From positions 1 to 32,798 of the forward strand of contig JAPETS010000083.1 in NCBI GenBank assembly GCA_026023565.1: DNA of 32,798 bases, given 5' to 3'. The DNA comes from Cirrosporium novae-zelandiae. Taxonomy: Eukaryota. Position 1 is the stretch's first letter. Each line of letters starts with the position of its first letter. Shown piece after piece: positions 1-12,414 of the stretch. Under the pieces are notes generated by a model. It was given only the letters and a program-made list of their open reading frames with translations, searched no databases and had not been told where the DNA came from. Both the position numbers and the translations under genes were made by a program.

Positions 1-127
1 TTTTTTTTTTTACAATGATAGCACTAGTGACTCATAGCCTAAGAAATAAATTTCTTCAATTTATTAACCAAATTCCTATAGTGATTTATTATAGAATTGT
101 GTCTGATATAGTAGTGGTACCTATATT
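1..127. repeat. Terminal direct repeat, copy 1 (127 bp, identical to 32672-32798)
   Basis: T11-ACAATGATAGCACTAGTGACTC...GTAGTGGTACCTATATT matches the last 127 bases of the window base for base. Confidence 0.97.
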
Positions 128-167
128 ATATAAAAAATATTGTTGGTAAACTACTGCTGCTTACAAT

Positions 168-1031
168 TCAAGGACGATATTGAGCGTAAACGGTAGGATG
201 TTTGAGTGGCCGACCAATATTTGCACCGTACAGGTTGCCAAAATTTCCTGTGTGAAAATGGGTTAGATTCATTCATTCATTCAAAAAGGTCTTTGGATAC
301 AGTGTGAATATGGATGGAAGACATACCTGGAGGGTAGTAGTTGCAGACAGTAAGGTATGGGGGTATGCCATTGTCCCCAAGATTAGTGCCAGTGCTGGGA
401 TCGATGAGTCCCTTTTTGGTGCAGTTGACGGTCGCGCAGCCGATGCTGGTAGTGGCTTTCCACACAATCTGGCTGAAGTGACCCCAATGCTCAAAGTTTT
501 TGAACGATGGATTGGCTTTGCCATACTGCCCGGCGTAATAGGGCAGCTCGGCATTATAGAACTCTGGGATGGAGATTTCGGTTAACTGGGCCCGACAAAA
601 AAAAATTAAAAATTAAATACAGAAAGAAAAGCCACTTACGAAGAGTGAGGATTTCAGAGACATGAGAAGCGACGGCACCAGCACCTATGTTTTGACCATA
701 TCCACCACCGCCATAAGACCTATCGCGAGTGTGAGACTCAAAAACGACCTTATGTTGCTGCGGTTGACAATAGTACTTACGTATTGTGTTCAAACATGCA
801 GGTGTTGGCAAGTTTCTTTGCATAATTGACTAGGGTCGTATTCCACACAACATCATTTGCTGAGTGATTAGCACGGTGGACGTTGTGATGGACAAGGACC
901 GTATTTTTGTAGGTGCCATCAGGGGGCCATACTACGGGGTGAGATGGTGTATAGGCCTTGGCAGACAAAGCGGGGATAAGGACAGCAGTCAGAAAGGTCG
1001 GGATAATATTAGAGAATGTAGATAATAGCAT
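168..1031 (-). CDS. Secreted CAP-superfamily (SCP/PR-1/Pry-like) protein, 4 exons, about 215 aa
   Basis: Exons 1031-781, 719-640, 563-327 and 247-168 join in frame across GTAAGT/GTATGT..AG introns. Hydrophobic signal peptide; motifs HNVHRANH, VVWNTTL, YGQNIG, WGHFSQIVWK..TSIGC and TVCNYYPPGN are CAP signatures. Confidence 0.93.
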
Positions 1032-1907
1032 AGTGACGATGTATTAGTCAAAAGCCGTAGTAGACAATGGGATGTAAAAAGAGCGAGTAGCTAGCAGAGT
1101 AGGAGGCTATATAAGGGTTATAACAAGAAAACCCTAATAGACGACTTGTAATGAAAGAGAAAGAAAAACAGGAGATATGCCATGACCTTATATACTGCGA
1201 TTAAAGGAGAAAAAGAAACCCATGAAGTTCCATTTCAGATCGATGATATCGAAACTAAATGCGTTTCCTCGTAAAAAAGACCTCCCTTCTTTCTTCTCAT
1301 ATCCAATTGAGGACCTTATCCAAAGCATCATGTCCCCGAGAATACTAGGCAAATACGTGGCGGAGACGAAATAGTTCTATCATGAGTACCACGTGGATGA
1401 TAGTCCTTAAGGGATACTCGGATCGGCAATATTTTGTGAAAATCTGATAGAAAGCTATGAATATCAATGAGGACATTTGAACTACCGTACCGTTGAAGGA
1501 TGTGAGGCTTTTGGCTTAATTTTACGTAACAGAGTGATGCAAAGAGACATCGCTTGAACAGCCACCTAGCTTTATTGAAGTTTATATGAAAACGTTGGAA
1601 TTAGGCTCGTAAGTGGTCGGGACATTCAGCCGTGATAGATCTCGTTATCGAAGCCTTTCTAGTTTGACATGTTAGTATTATAATCTAAGCGTAGAAAGGT
1701 TGCTTGGAGGAACACATGTTACCAGAGGAAGCAAGAGGGTTCTTGAGATTTTATATATTTTGTTGATTGCCTGGACATTATAAACTGCCTGTGCTTTAAT
1801 CTCACTAGAGGTCAATTTAAAAATTATATCCAGAAACTCACATAGTATCAACTCTGTTTCGTTAAGGTTGTAGCATTATTTCGACTTCGCGTATTGTGTC
1901 ATAAATA

Positions 1908-2176
1908 ATGACCTCTCATTTTTCCAAACACGAACAATTGTTATATCATTTTCGCCGAGAACCTGCAGCATATTACTTTCACGCCACATACATGATGCCT
2001 AATCACCTCATGTTTGACAATGTAAACAAGGTTTGCCGAGGCTTTTACCTCATTGTTCGTTGATTAAAGTTGCTAATGTTGTTATTCCGTCCCTGTAGGT
2101 ACCCAGCCCCACATATAACTGGCCTGTCGTATTTTTCCCTGCAGGCTTCTGGGCACTGGAGGTATATATCATATGA
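1908..2176 (+). other. Candidate small spliced orphan ORF or gene relic
   Basis: ATG at 1908 opens 41 codons up to an intron-like 2031-2098 (GTTTGC..GCTAAT..TAG), then continues in frame (VPSPTYNWPVVFFPAGFWALE). No family recognised. Confidence 0.25.
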
Positions 2177-3267
2177 CGATTTAGCGGGGCAATCCGTTGC
2201 ATTCCACTATTGCTAGTGATGAGAGGGGTGTGATTGAACTTCGTGCCGTGATAAGGGATAGAATCACTCAATTACCTGTACTTTCTCCTAGTATTAAATA
2301 AAGAAGGTTTGTCAGTAAGTTGGGTTGGAACTAAAATATCAGCGTGGAAGGTCATGAGAATGATCTATCGTGATTCATTCTTTCACTTGCAACCTGCTCT
2401 TCATAGCCATCATCAGGTAGTGTATTGAATTCCCCACTAGCTTCGCCACATTAGACTTGTACCTTTCCATCAAACGCCAGTATTTATACCAAGCACTTTG
2501 GGATTTCGACTTAATAGGTGAAAATGGCCTTCAGCTCCACCCCGGACAAGATAGGTGTGGGATTGCTATGCCGTTCCCTCCAAAGAGGATAATGCCGTTA
2601 TATATTTAGTTTCAAATAGCGTAAATCTTATATGAACCTCCCTGAACCTATGCTCTCTCTTTCTTTTGGCCCTTCTCATGTTTTAACCAACAAAATATCA
2701 GATTTGTATTCAGTAATAGAGTCAGATAAAGCTTCTTTGTGATTCCAACCCCCTCTTCGTGCATAATGTTTCTCCTTTTTCCTTTCTTCCTTCAAAGAAT
2801 GTTTCTTTGCTATAGTTATAATGTATATGTTAGTCTCTATCATAGACCAATGCATTAGGGACATGTTTTTTATAGGAGTAAACATACACTTCTTTGTATA
2901 CAGAAAAAGAATAGCGAAGTGACACCACTTGCATTCAATGTCTTTGTTTCAACCTTTGAAATTTGAATGACTTTCCCCGTTCATGCTCGTTTTTGAACCT
3001 CGGCATAACCTATATGCTTGTTAACATTATCTTAGCCACGATATAAGGATCGTTTGTTGAATTGGGGCAAGAGTATTTTTATGGATCAGTGTTCTTATTC
3101 CGAACGTTTCAAGCTCACCTTCAGCCGCAGGGCCCTGGTTGCTTGAGCTCGAGTAAGCCGCAGCGACGACTAAGCACTCCTCCGTAGGCTTCTCGCTGTC
3201 TGCTACGCTGCCTAATCTAGCTCTTCCTTTTATAAGGTTATAACCTAGCCATTCTTCAACAGGCACA

Positions 3268-4753
3268 ATGGCCGAGTTGTTAGAGGCTCCCCCTCTCTCC
3301 CCTGTTCATTGAACCCACGCTAACTGCTCAAAGGTCGCTGGTTCGAATCGCTCACTGCGAGGGATTATTGTTCCTTTGCGATATATCGTACTTACGTTAC
3401 AGCGTTGGCTTCTTGGCTCTAATACTTGAATTCTTGAGATTCCCCGGCGAGTAAGTAAAATATTTCCTTTTCGCCTCTAGCAACGAAGCCTTGTGTTTGT
3501 TATCTTTTTTTATTTTTCCTCAGTAAGTCTGATTTCTCTCTATTCCTACTAACTTGGATATTCCGGTTCATTACTATGGAACATAGATCGAAGCTAGCAT
3601 TCTAGAGTTCTCTAATGACTTAGTTCTGTATTTTCCCGACAGTAGCTCCTTGAAGAGCCTGCCGAGTTTAACCCCAATGTCTATCAATTATCCATCTATA
3701 CTAATAATCTAGCGTCTTCGAGATATTTCTAACCGCCTCCACACATCCTCAAACATCCCCCACTGCCTCTAGGGGTTTACCATTCACTAAATCCAAGATT
3801 TACCGAACTATGATCAGACCCACGTTTGAAATTTTGTCGTTTCTCTGACCTTAGGATAGCGGCACAGGAGGCAGTAATTCGTTTACCCACTTTGTCGCAT
3901 TCTTTTCCTACGCTCTAATCAGCTCTTGACTTTCATGCCCTTCTTCTTCTTCCTCTTCTGCTAACTAGTACAGTCTTAGATCTTCACAAGCATATGATTT
4001 ACTAATATGGTTAATACGCTCACAGCCTAATCGTACCGTCTAGTTCATTCTCTTAATACTACCCTTGATTTATTCATAAAATCTTCCAAAAACGAAAGTC
4101 TAACAATCTTTGGAATGATGAAACAAGGCACCCTTTTCAATTAAGACCTATTAAGGAGAGGTGGAGAAAATATACCGTGTGTTCACGCCTGAGCCGAAGC
4201 TTTTCTGCACAAGATAGAATGACGATTTCCCTCTCTATGAACACATGCAGCAGAATCACCACTCTATTTCCAACTCCCTTTCCCCTTCATGATAAAAAAA
4301 TACTTCCTCCTTGAATGCTAAAGGGCTGTTTTAGAGCCCCTACGTATCTCAGGGGATCAGGCCATCCCGCTCCAAGCGACCTACTCTCTGGGTTACTGCC
4401 TGTACTTTTGAGATACTCACTATAATAGTTGCAGCAGTAGGCAAATATCCAGAGCGATGCAGTTGACTAATCGTTTATTTATTATAGCAGCCTCGCGTTG
4501 ATCACAGCTGACACGAATTACCAAATTGCCGAGTCCTCTCACCTCGCCGTCGTATAGCATTTCCAATTTATCAAGAGAACCTCAACTGTCTAATCCAAGA
4601 CTATTAACCACACACCCTTTGACTCCATACGCAGCCTTCATCATACTCGATCTCGAACCTCCCACCTTCAGTGAGATCTGTAGGCTGTGCTGGAACATCA
4701 CCAGGCGAGACCCACACCACCTTCGTCGAGACATCGAGGAACAACCCATTTGA
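3268..4753 (+). other. Intron-dense putative orphan gene, pseudogene or spliced lncRNA
   Basis: TATA-like TTTATAA near 3229 and ATG at 3268. Intron-like segments at 3279-3333 (GTTAGA..GCTAAC..AAG) and 3523-3586 (GTAAGT..TACTAAC..TAG), a GTAAGT donor at 3451, and further CTAAC/CTAAT/CTGAC..YAG signals to about 4490. A terminal open frame ends at 4753. No complete in-frame model could be built. Confidence 0.3.
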
Positions 4754-4799
4754 GATCCCTTCCTTGACCTTTTCAATAGACAATCACACTAAGTCTACC

Positions 4800-6620
4800 A
4801 ATCACTATCGTATTTATAGCAATAATTTAATAAATAAATAAATTAAGAAACATATTGGTGGTTGAATCGGCACCGCTGTGCCATGCTATCCCATGTCTGG
4901 TAAGATGCCTTGATCACCTTTTTATCACCTCTACTTACTAATACGGCTCACAGGGTTTGAATACGAAATGTTTTCTCCGTGGTTTACATTTATAGGGAAC
5001 AAAAAAACCTTAGGTTAATTGAAAGAATGAAATAACCAAATTGGAGAGGTGAATCGTAGAGAAGGAGATGGGGGGGAGGGGGGGGCAGATAATATGAGAC
5101 GCTAAAGAAACTCAAACTCCGATCAAGTCAAAGTAATACGGTGTTATCTAAAAAGCCTTTCTCACTTATCAATGTTGCTCATAATTGCTTGCTGGACGTG
5201 TTATCGCCACCCCCCTTCCTTTTCCCTTTCCCCTTCGTCGCAAGACTCCCTAGAAACACCTAAATAATAGATAGATAGAATTAATTATGAGTTTAACTAC
5301 TTTCAAAATTATGATTCCCTAGCTAGCTACGAAGAGTTAGACCTCCGAGGGGTGCCCTTGCATATACCGTAACATATCTCTACAACCATCTATACCAACA
5401 ACACAGTAAGTACACTATTATTTATTCAAAGCTTACAAAATAAAGAAAACCCCTTTACTATTTATTAAATTGATATAATCGTCCTTTTTTTTTTCCTCTT
5501 TCCATCCCCTCTTCCCTTTTCCATCCACAAAATCCTGTCAAAACCCCCTCCTCACGACTCACTATCAAATATTGATCCTTTCCATTCCTTTTCCCTAAAC
5601 CAACCTCCAACCCCCCCCTTATTTCTTTCATTTGGAGCCTAATACCTTTCCCCTTCACTTCCTCGAGAGTTCATAGATTTCACATACATAAATGTAGCCT
5701 ACGAGGACGAGGATTATATATATATAATTTTCTTTTGTGACAGTGACAGTGACGGTGACGGTGGTAGTGAAAATGAGAGTGTTAGGGATGGAGAGGGGAA
5801 GGGGAAGCATTGCATACCTTTGAATGGAAGGAAATACCAAGATCTAAGAAAAGGGAAAACAAAAAAAAAACAATCTCCGAGGGGAGAAAGAGAGAGCAAC
5901 AACAACAAGCTCAGGTCCCATCATTAATTATTATTATTATTAGGATTATAACATTACATTAACAACAAACACTACACAGATTAACAAACAAAAAAAAACA
6001 AGACAAGACAAGACAAAAAAAAAAGATAGAAAGAAAAAAGCCCGATTCTATTCATATAAATTCAAATTCCCATTTCCCATTTCCCATGTTTTTTTTTTTT
6101 TTTTTCTTAATTAATTACAATAATAACTCCCAACTATCGGTACCTCCCATCTCGAGTTCGCCAAATCTGTGGGGGAGGGGGGGGGACGCAATACTCTCAA
6201 GAACACCACCACCTATTAAAGCACCATCAAGCACACTAGTACCACCACCAGCAAGTAGCAATTCTTATACTTATACTTACAACCCACTCTTAACACACAA
6301 GAACTAAATGGAAGTTGTTGCGGAGTTAATGAATATGGAATAGAGAGCTAGCTTACGGTATGGATGTATGTATGTATGGGCTGCTGGACGGGATGATTGC
6401 GAGGGAGAGGGGGGGGGTATGAATTACGAGTGTAATGGTTGGGATTATTGGGATTATTGATTGGGATGTGATTGGTTATGGGTTTCTGGATATGGATAGT
6501 ATCGTTGGGATTTGGGGCCTTGGGAGCTTGGAGCTAGAGGTAAGAGGTAAGAGGTATCTTGAGTGCTAGGAGCTTGAAAGTGAGAAATGGATGGATAGTT
6601 GAGGGTGTAGGGGGGTGACT
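4800..6620. repeat. Low-complexity intergenic tract (poly-A/T/G/C, (TAT)n, (GTGACR)n, (ACAAG)n)
   Basis: Homopolymers and microsatellites are directly visible; the ORFs here translate to low-complexity sequence. Confidence 0.8.
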
Positions 6621-6823
6621 ATGGTAGGTAGGCTTCTGAAAATTCATAGTTACCTTCATTTGTTTATTCACTGACAAGTCTATCTATCAATATCATCGAT
6701 CGTTCTGTTTGCCATTAGTAAATACAAATATGAAGTGCCACAACATTCGCTTCACAAGCCAGGTCGAGACTACTTCGCAGAAAATCGCAAAAGTTCCCAT
6801 TACCTATCATTCGTGGTTTGGTA

Positions 6824-7989
6824 TCATATCTCATTAAATGCCCGCCTCAAAGCCTCAGCAGAATCCCGCATCAGCTGTTTCCCCTGCGTAAGAATCCTAT
6901 AATTCACCGTAAGCAAGAAACCATTATAACCCCCCAAAAGACTTACCCATTAAGCCCTAAAATCGAATGCGTCATCCCCTTATAAACCGTCGTCTCCACC
7001 TGAACCCCCAATCCCCTTAATTGGGCTGCATATGCCAGACCCTCCGGCGCAAGCAAATCCTGTTCCGATATCGCCATCCACGTCCTCGGCGTCTTCTTCA
7101 GCAACTCTTCCGGCGCCATATTTGGACTCGAATCCCAGTTACCCCAATCTTTCTCATCCGGTAGGTATAGTCGTCGGTACCACATCATCCTCCCGGGGGT
7201 TAGCCACGGTGCTTTTTGGTTTGGAGCCCATACGGTGTCTGCGGTTGCGGTGTTGTCGATGACGGGGACGATGAGAAGTTGGAAGAGGAGTGGGACTGGG
7301 GGGGTTGAGGAGGCGGCTTTGAGGGCGAGGATGGCGGAGAGGTTGGAGCCAGCTGAGGTTCCTCCTATGGCTATTCGGTTCTTGTTGGTGTTTAGTGACG
7401 AGGGTCCTGTTGTGATTACCCAGTTTAGAGTTTCGATGCAGTCGTTTATGGCTGTGGGGTATTTGAATTCGGGAGCGTGGCGGTAGCCGACTGTTATGAC
7501 GACGCAAGATGCGCCTTTGATGGTATGAGTATTATAGTAAATCCCATCGGTGGGTTAAACAGTAGGCCTACTCTTGCACATTAATGTGCAGAAATCATTT
7601 TCCGCATTTATTCCTCCAATGGTCCATCCACCTAGATATAAGCTCTCGTCAGAAATTTATAGATAACAAGACCTTGGAATTGACGGACCACCATGGTGCC
7701 ATAGAAACACCGGCCATCCACCTTCAGGAGGGTTTCCTTCGGGGGTGAATACACGCATCTCCCAATTCGACACTTTGATATCTCGAGTGTCGCCTACTTT
7801 GCTCAGCGGGGATTGCCCGGCTGCCATCGGTCCCTTTCTGGTACGAATTGCGGGATCCCATGGCTGAGAGTCATCTGGCACAACATATTGGAGATGTTTG
7901 TCATGGAATGCCACATACTCGAGGTCTAGCTTTGGGCGCACATCCGGGTAAATCGGTTGGTATATTGTTTTCTTTTCGTCGACAATCAT
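6824..7989 (-). CDS. Alpha/beta hydrolase, hormone-sensitive-lipase (Abhydrolase_3) family esterase or formamidase-like enzyme, 4 exons
   Basis: Spliced protein has PVFLWHHGGGW (oxyanion hole, split by intron 1), VGYRHAPEFKYP, IAIGGTSAG (GxSxG nucleophile), SEQDLL (Asp) and YKGMTHS (His). Last exon GILTQGKQLMRDSAEALRRAFNEI ends at TGA 6826-6824. Confidence 0.9.
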
Positions 7990-8415
7990 CTTGAAAATAT
8001 ATTGGACAATAGAAATTTAGGTAGAAAGAACACGATGGGGATAAATTTGATGCCATCTTGGATAATTAAGAGGCTTGAGGTTCAATTGCTGAAATCTACG
8101 AAATTGCCTGTCGGGTTATCGATGGTGGGGTCCGGCCCGGAAAGTATGAGCGATAGCGGAGATAGCGGGAATATACGCTACTGTAGGAACAAGAGGGGCA
8201 GGATGACGGATAGATGACGGATAGTAGATGGTCAAGTTATTGGATGAATATAATAATGTTGATATTTTTCTTCGCGGTGTTTGAGTATCACTGTGATGCC
8301 AGTATATTTTGAATCTGATTAATCAATCGTCCTCAACCCCTATTGCTAAAGCACCCCTAGCTATTATAATAACGCCTACGGACCATTCTCTTATCCATCT
8401 CAACCTCTCTTCAGA
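7990..8415. promoter_or_regulatory. Divergent promoter for hydrolase and amidohydrolase, with clustered GATA and CGG motifs
   Basis: About 425-bp head-to-head spacer with CCGGAAA at 8137, CGATAGCGGAGATAGCGG at 8151-8168, and duplicated GATGACGGATAG at 8202-8224. Confidence 0.5.
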
Positions 8416-9263
8416 ATGGCGGATATTGTAGAAAGCTATCGAAGTTCTGGCTATGGGAATAAGATGGGATGGGGTTCGCGACCTGCTCTGCTCATAATTG
8501 ATGTCTGCAAAGCATACTGGACACCTGGATCACCACTTGACATAAGCGATAACCCAGAGGGTGCAGCCTCGGTGGATGTGATGCGGAGACTCTTAGCTGC
8601 AGCTAGGTCAAGCAATTCTCCCGTTGTGTGGAGTCAGGTTTCGTATAGCCATCCAGACATGGCAGATGCCGGTCTTTTCTGGAAGAAAGCAAGGACGTTA
8701 AGCGTATGGCAAAAGGGAGATAGCCGAGGTTTGGATGTATGCATGGAAGGATTGGAACCAGCGGCAAAGGATACGGTGGTAGTTAAGAAGTACGCAAGTG
8801 CCTTCTTCGGCACTACTTTATATTCAGAGTTGCAGGTTCGTGAAAGGCATTTGGAGTTAATGGTTCTCATTAGCAAATTCTCATTAATATTTGACAGGTA
8901 CTGAACATTGATACCCTCGTCATTTGTGGAGTTAGCACTTCAGGATGTGTTCGGGCAACGACTCTGGATGCAATGCAACATGGATTTCGACCGATGGTGA
9001 GTTGCAAATTGGCAAATCAATATTCTGTTGATGCCTTAGGTGTCAACGAACGCTAGTCCATTTCCGACCTCTCTTTCCTTTTAGTTTCTCATTCACTCTT
9101 TGATCATCAACGCTGACTTGAATTCCAAAAGGTTGTTGGCACAGCTTGTGGAGATCGTACTCCTGAAATTCAAAATGCTAATCTCTTTGATCTAAATGCC
9201 AAATATGCCGATGTGGTTTCCGAAGAAGAGGCTGCCGAGAAGCTCAAGGTTGGATGGTCGTGA
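8416..9263 (+). CDS. Isochorismatase-family cysteine amidohydrolase (N-carbamoylsarcosine amidase / maleamate amidohydrolase-like), 3 exons
   Basis: Catalytic triad motifs RPALLIID (Asp), VVVKKYASAFFGT (Lys) and ICGVSTSGCVRAT..DA (Cys). Introns follow ELQ (GTTCGT..CAG) and FRPM (GTGAGT..AAG). C-terminus ACGDR..NLFDLNAKYADV; TGA at 9261-9263. Confidence 0.92.
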
Positions 9264-9668
9264 ACGGGGCAATCAACGAAGGAAAGACATCACACATCAC
9301 ACATCACTCTGAAATAGCAACATGACGCTGTCTCCTATGCCTTTACGGTACATCACTTCAAATATAGAGATTTCATTGCTAGTGATCAGTTCTTCGGACA
9401 TCTCCTATCAGTTCCTCCAAGCACAGGGCCTTGAACTACCGAAGCTGAACACCATCCTACGTCATACAAAATACAATAAAACAATTAATATCAGTACTGA
9501 CCAGACACCCTCTCCCATCCTGTTCTTTATGATTTCATCTTAAATTGACCTGATGTATTAATGAAATAGGAAATATTGACCTTACTTTTAGCTTCTATGT
9601 AATTTCCAGTTTGCTTTCAACACCATTTACCCACACAATGCTATATGAAATATTTCCCTTTTTTCACG

Positions 9669-11608
9669 TCAGTTTGCCTGCTTGGATGCCTGCTTCGCTT
9701 TTCGTTTTAGCCTCCACTTTGGACCCATCTTAATTTCCAATACCATCAATGGAAACATCAGAGCACAGATGCCACTGAGAAGAACATACGTCCAACCCAT
9801 ACCTAGAGAATCCGTTGCTTTGTCTATTAATGACACGAGAACTGCCCCGAGAGAACAGCGTACAAAATTTGTCTATCAAAAGTTAGCCAGAAAGTACAGA
9901 GGAAGGGGTCCAGTGATCTTACACAGGCGGTAGCGCCAGAACTCTGAGACAGCAAAATGTCGATCATGAGGGTCATTGTTGTGTTGAGAATTGTAATTCC
10001 AGTCCATCCAAGCACTATTTGCAAAACCAAGGGCCCTGCTATTGAGACTTTTTTGTCCAAACACCATCCCCATCCAATTGCACATATTATGAAAATGCCG
10101 AGGTTAATCGGCATTGTTCGAAGCCTCGCATATTCGATAGGGAAATCGTCGTCCCCCTTTTCCAAATCTGCACCCTTCTCACGCGCTATTCCGGTTTTGA
10201 TCGTCCTATATTCTCGGTCCAATATTTTCCCGTTTACTGTACTCCCTACCAGCATCCCCCCTCCACTTGACAGATAACACAATCCCAGGTCGGTGCTGCT
10301 CAAATAAGGGTAAGCTTTAGCAAAGGAGGAAGATATGGTGGCGGTAATAGTGTAATTGACAGCATAAACGACGCCGGTGAAGAGCAGAGTGACGATAATA
10401 TCCGGATACGTTAAAAGGATAAAAGGGTTTGTGGAAGGGCGACTGCCGACGTTCGTGGGTGCGGCCGTTTCCGTCACCTTTCCGCGTCCGACCAATGGTA
10501 TAATGGGATAGTATATTTTCGAAGGCGGTTTAATACTCCCATTCCCAACCAATGACCGCATTGTCTCTGGGAGGAACCTGTCATGGTTCAGCATATTCAA
10601 GACTCTATAGAGAAAGGAACCCACAGGATGACCAAACCAACACAAAGTGCTGCGAGAATAACAAGAAACCAGAAGATAGACCTAAAGAAGGTTGGTTAAC
10701 CGTGGCTAGTATTAGGTTGTCTTAGCCCACCTCCATCCCAGATGTTCAGCAAGGGCACCACCTATTGCAGGGCCAATACAAGGAGCAAGCTAATCACGAA
10801 ATGTCAATTGCTTCCAACACTTTTAGGCCGTTCTAACCCTCTATACATTATAGATTACCATACCATTGGTCCCAAGTTGAATGTGCCGAAGAAACCGCCT
10901 CTTTCCGCTGGTGTTGAAATATCTCCAACTACCCCAGCTCCTATTATGATCAGCAAAGCTCAGAAAATCCTCTGTATTATCTGGCTAACCTAAGGCTATG
11001 GTGCTTGCACATCCACCGGCTTGAATACATCGAAGGAGGAGAAGTAGCCAGTACGCATCGGTCGGAGTCAACGCAAGTCCAACACATGATCCAACCAGAA
11101 TGATAAAGCATATAATGAAGATAGGCCTTCGACCAAATCGGTCGGACAGCGGACCCCATAACATCGGAGCTTAAGGACATCGTCAGCTTTTTATATGAAT
11201 TCCGATTACGTGCTTTCAGGTCGATAGCGTACACACTCCCTGCATTACAAGGTAAACGGTGACAGTCAAGTTCATAAGCTCCGTAGACTTATGAAAGATG
11301 TTGGCTAGAGTGGGGATGGCTGGGAAATAGATGTTGGCGGGTAATGGGCTATTATTCGATTTGTCAGTCTGCGGAGGTTCTTGGATCAATAACGACGAGG
11401 CAACGCACCTGAAGAGCCCAGTCACAGCCACCATTCCTACAATAAACCATTTTTCTTTCTTCGAATATATGCTATATGGAGTTTCGCCTGATGTCAATTG
11501 CTGTGCAACGGGTGACTCGTCGATAGCGGTATTGTCCACGCTTGCGACTGAGAGACTGTCTGGAGAGCTGGCGTCTGCCTCCGCATTTGACTTCTTTTCT
11601 TCAGCCAT
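9669..11608 (-). CDS. MFS drug:H+ antiporter, DHA1 (Qdr-like) family, 8 exons
   Basis: Spliced in frame from ATG 11608. Motifs: PYSIYS..EKW, FSPLPANIYFPAIP, WGPLSDRFGRRP (MFS motif A), GDISTPAERGG, GPAIGG..LGWRSIFW, FLPET, FPIEYARL, TNFVRCSLGA. TGA at 9671-9669. Confidence 0.9.
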
Positions 11609-12414
11609 CAAGCGGTAAGGTTATGGAGAGCACGCGACCACTTCTAATCATCAAGGAATCTTTCGAACAAGTACTATACGAATTATTTTCTCAAGTGATA
11701 TTCGCACAAAATATGAGTAGCCAGAGAATCGAATCATGGCATTCGGTAGATTATCATCAAAACTCATACAAACTACTTTAGATGTTGTCATCCAGATTTT
11801 CCAATTGAAAGTCTTTAATTATTACTCCACTCTAACTATTACTCCACAGGGGTTCCTGAAGACTTGTCAAGCGGTAAGGCATTAGGTCTCATTAATTATT
11901 GCGGGATCGGAGACCAGGTTGCCGGAAAAAGATCCGGAAATCCGAAGCTTATCTTTTAGCCGACTTTTCCAGGCCGAGGGAACATCGGTGGTTTAAATTC
12001 CGGCCGACACTTTGAAAACCTGGAAACCCCATTTCTGCCTATCTCGAATAATTTGATTACTCGAGTACAGTAGACGCTACCCCGACAAGTCTAGCCTAAT
12101 GAATAAACACTTGGAGCCACCTGTTATCCAGGGACCAAATCTCTCGCCTTTAAAGTTGCAGATTCAAGGCTTGGCGCACCTGATATTGGAGACGTGGAGA
12201 TATGGAGATACGAAGATAGTGAACTGGTGAATCGATGAACCTATGGAATACGCCTGATAGTTACACCACCTAGAGCTTATATATCACCCCTAGCCACTCT
12301 GAACTTGATTTGGGTCGTCGTCTACCATCGACCGGAATCTCTCCTCAGTTATTTTTCTTCCTTTGTGACTCATCTCAATTCTATTAGTTTTTTTTCTTCA
12401 TCAACGGTTTCACC
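11609..12414. promoter_or_regulatory. Divergent promoter for MFS and NCS1 genes, with a CCG/CGG cluster and CreA-like CTCCAC sites
   Basis: Dense CGG/CCG triplets at 11901-12006, including CCGGAAA at 11922 and 11934. Duplicated TTACTCCAC at 11822 and 11839 (GTGGAG on the other strand fits the SYGGRG CreA consensus). Confidence 0.45.

Noticed and set aside
1..127. LTR, transposon terminus or Starship boundary
   Set aside because: No TG..CA ends, terminal inverted repeats, gag-pol, transposase or DUF3435 recombinase in the window. The exact 127-bp length at both contig ends fits an assembly overlap better.
3262..3360. tRNA-Ser/Leu-like gene (GGCACAATGGCCGAG...GGTTCGAATC)
   Set aside because: The acceptor stem and T stem cannot pair and there is no anticodon arm, so it is not called a tRNA.
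5458..6307. Short ORFs in low-complexity DNA (also 17386-18476 and 31411-32534)
   Set aside because: Translations merely reflect microsatellites and homopolymers.
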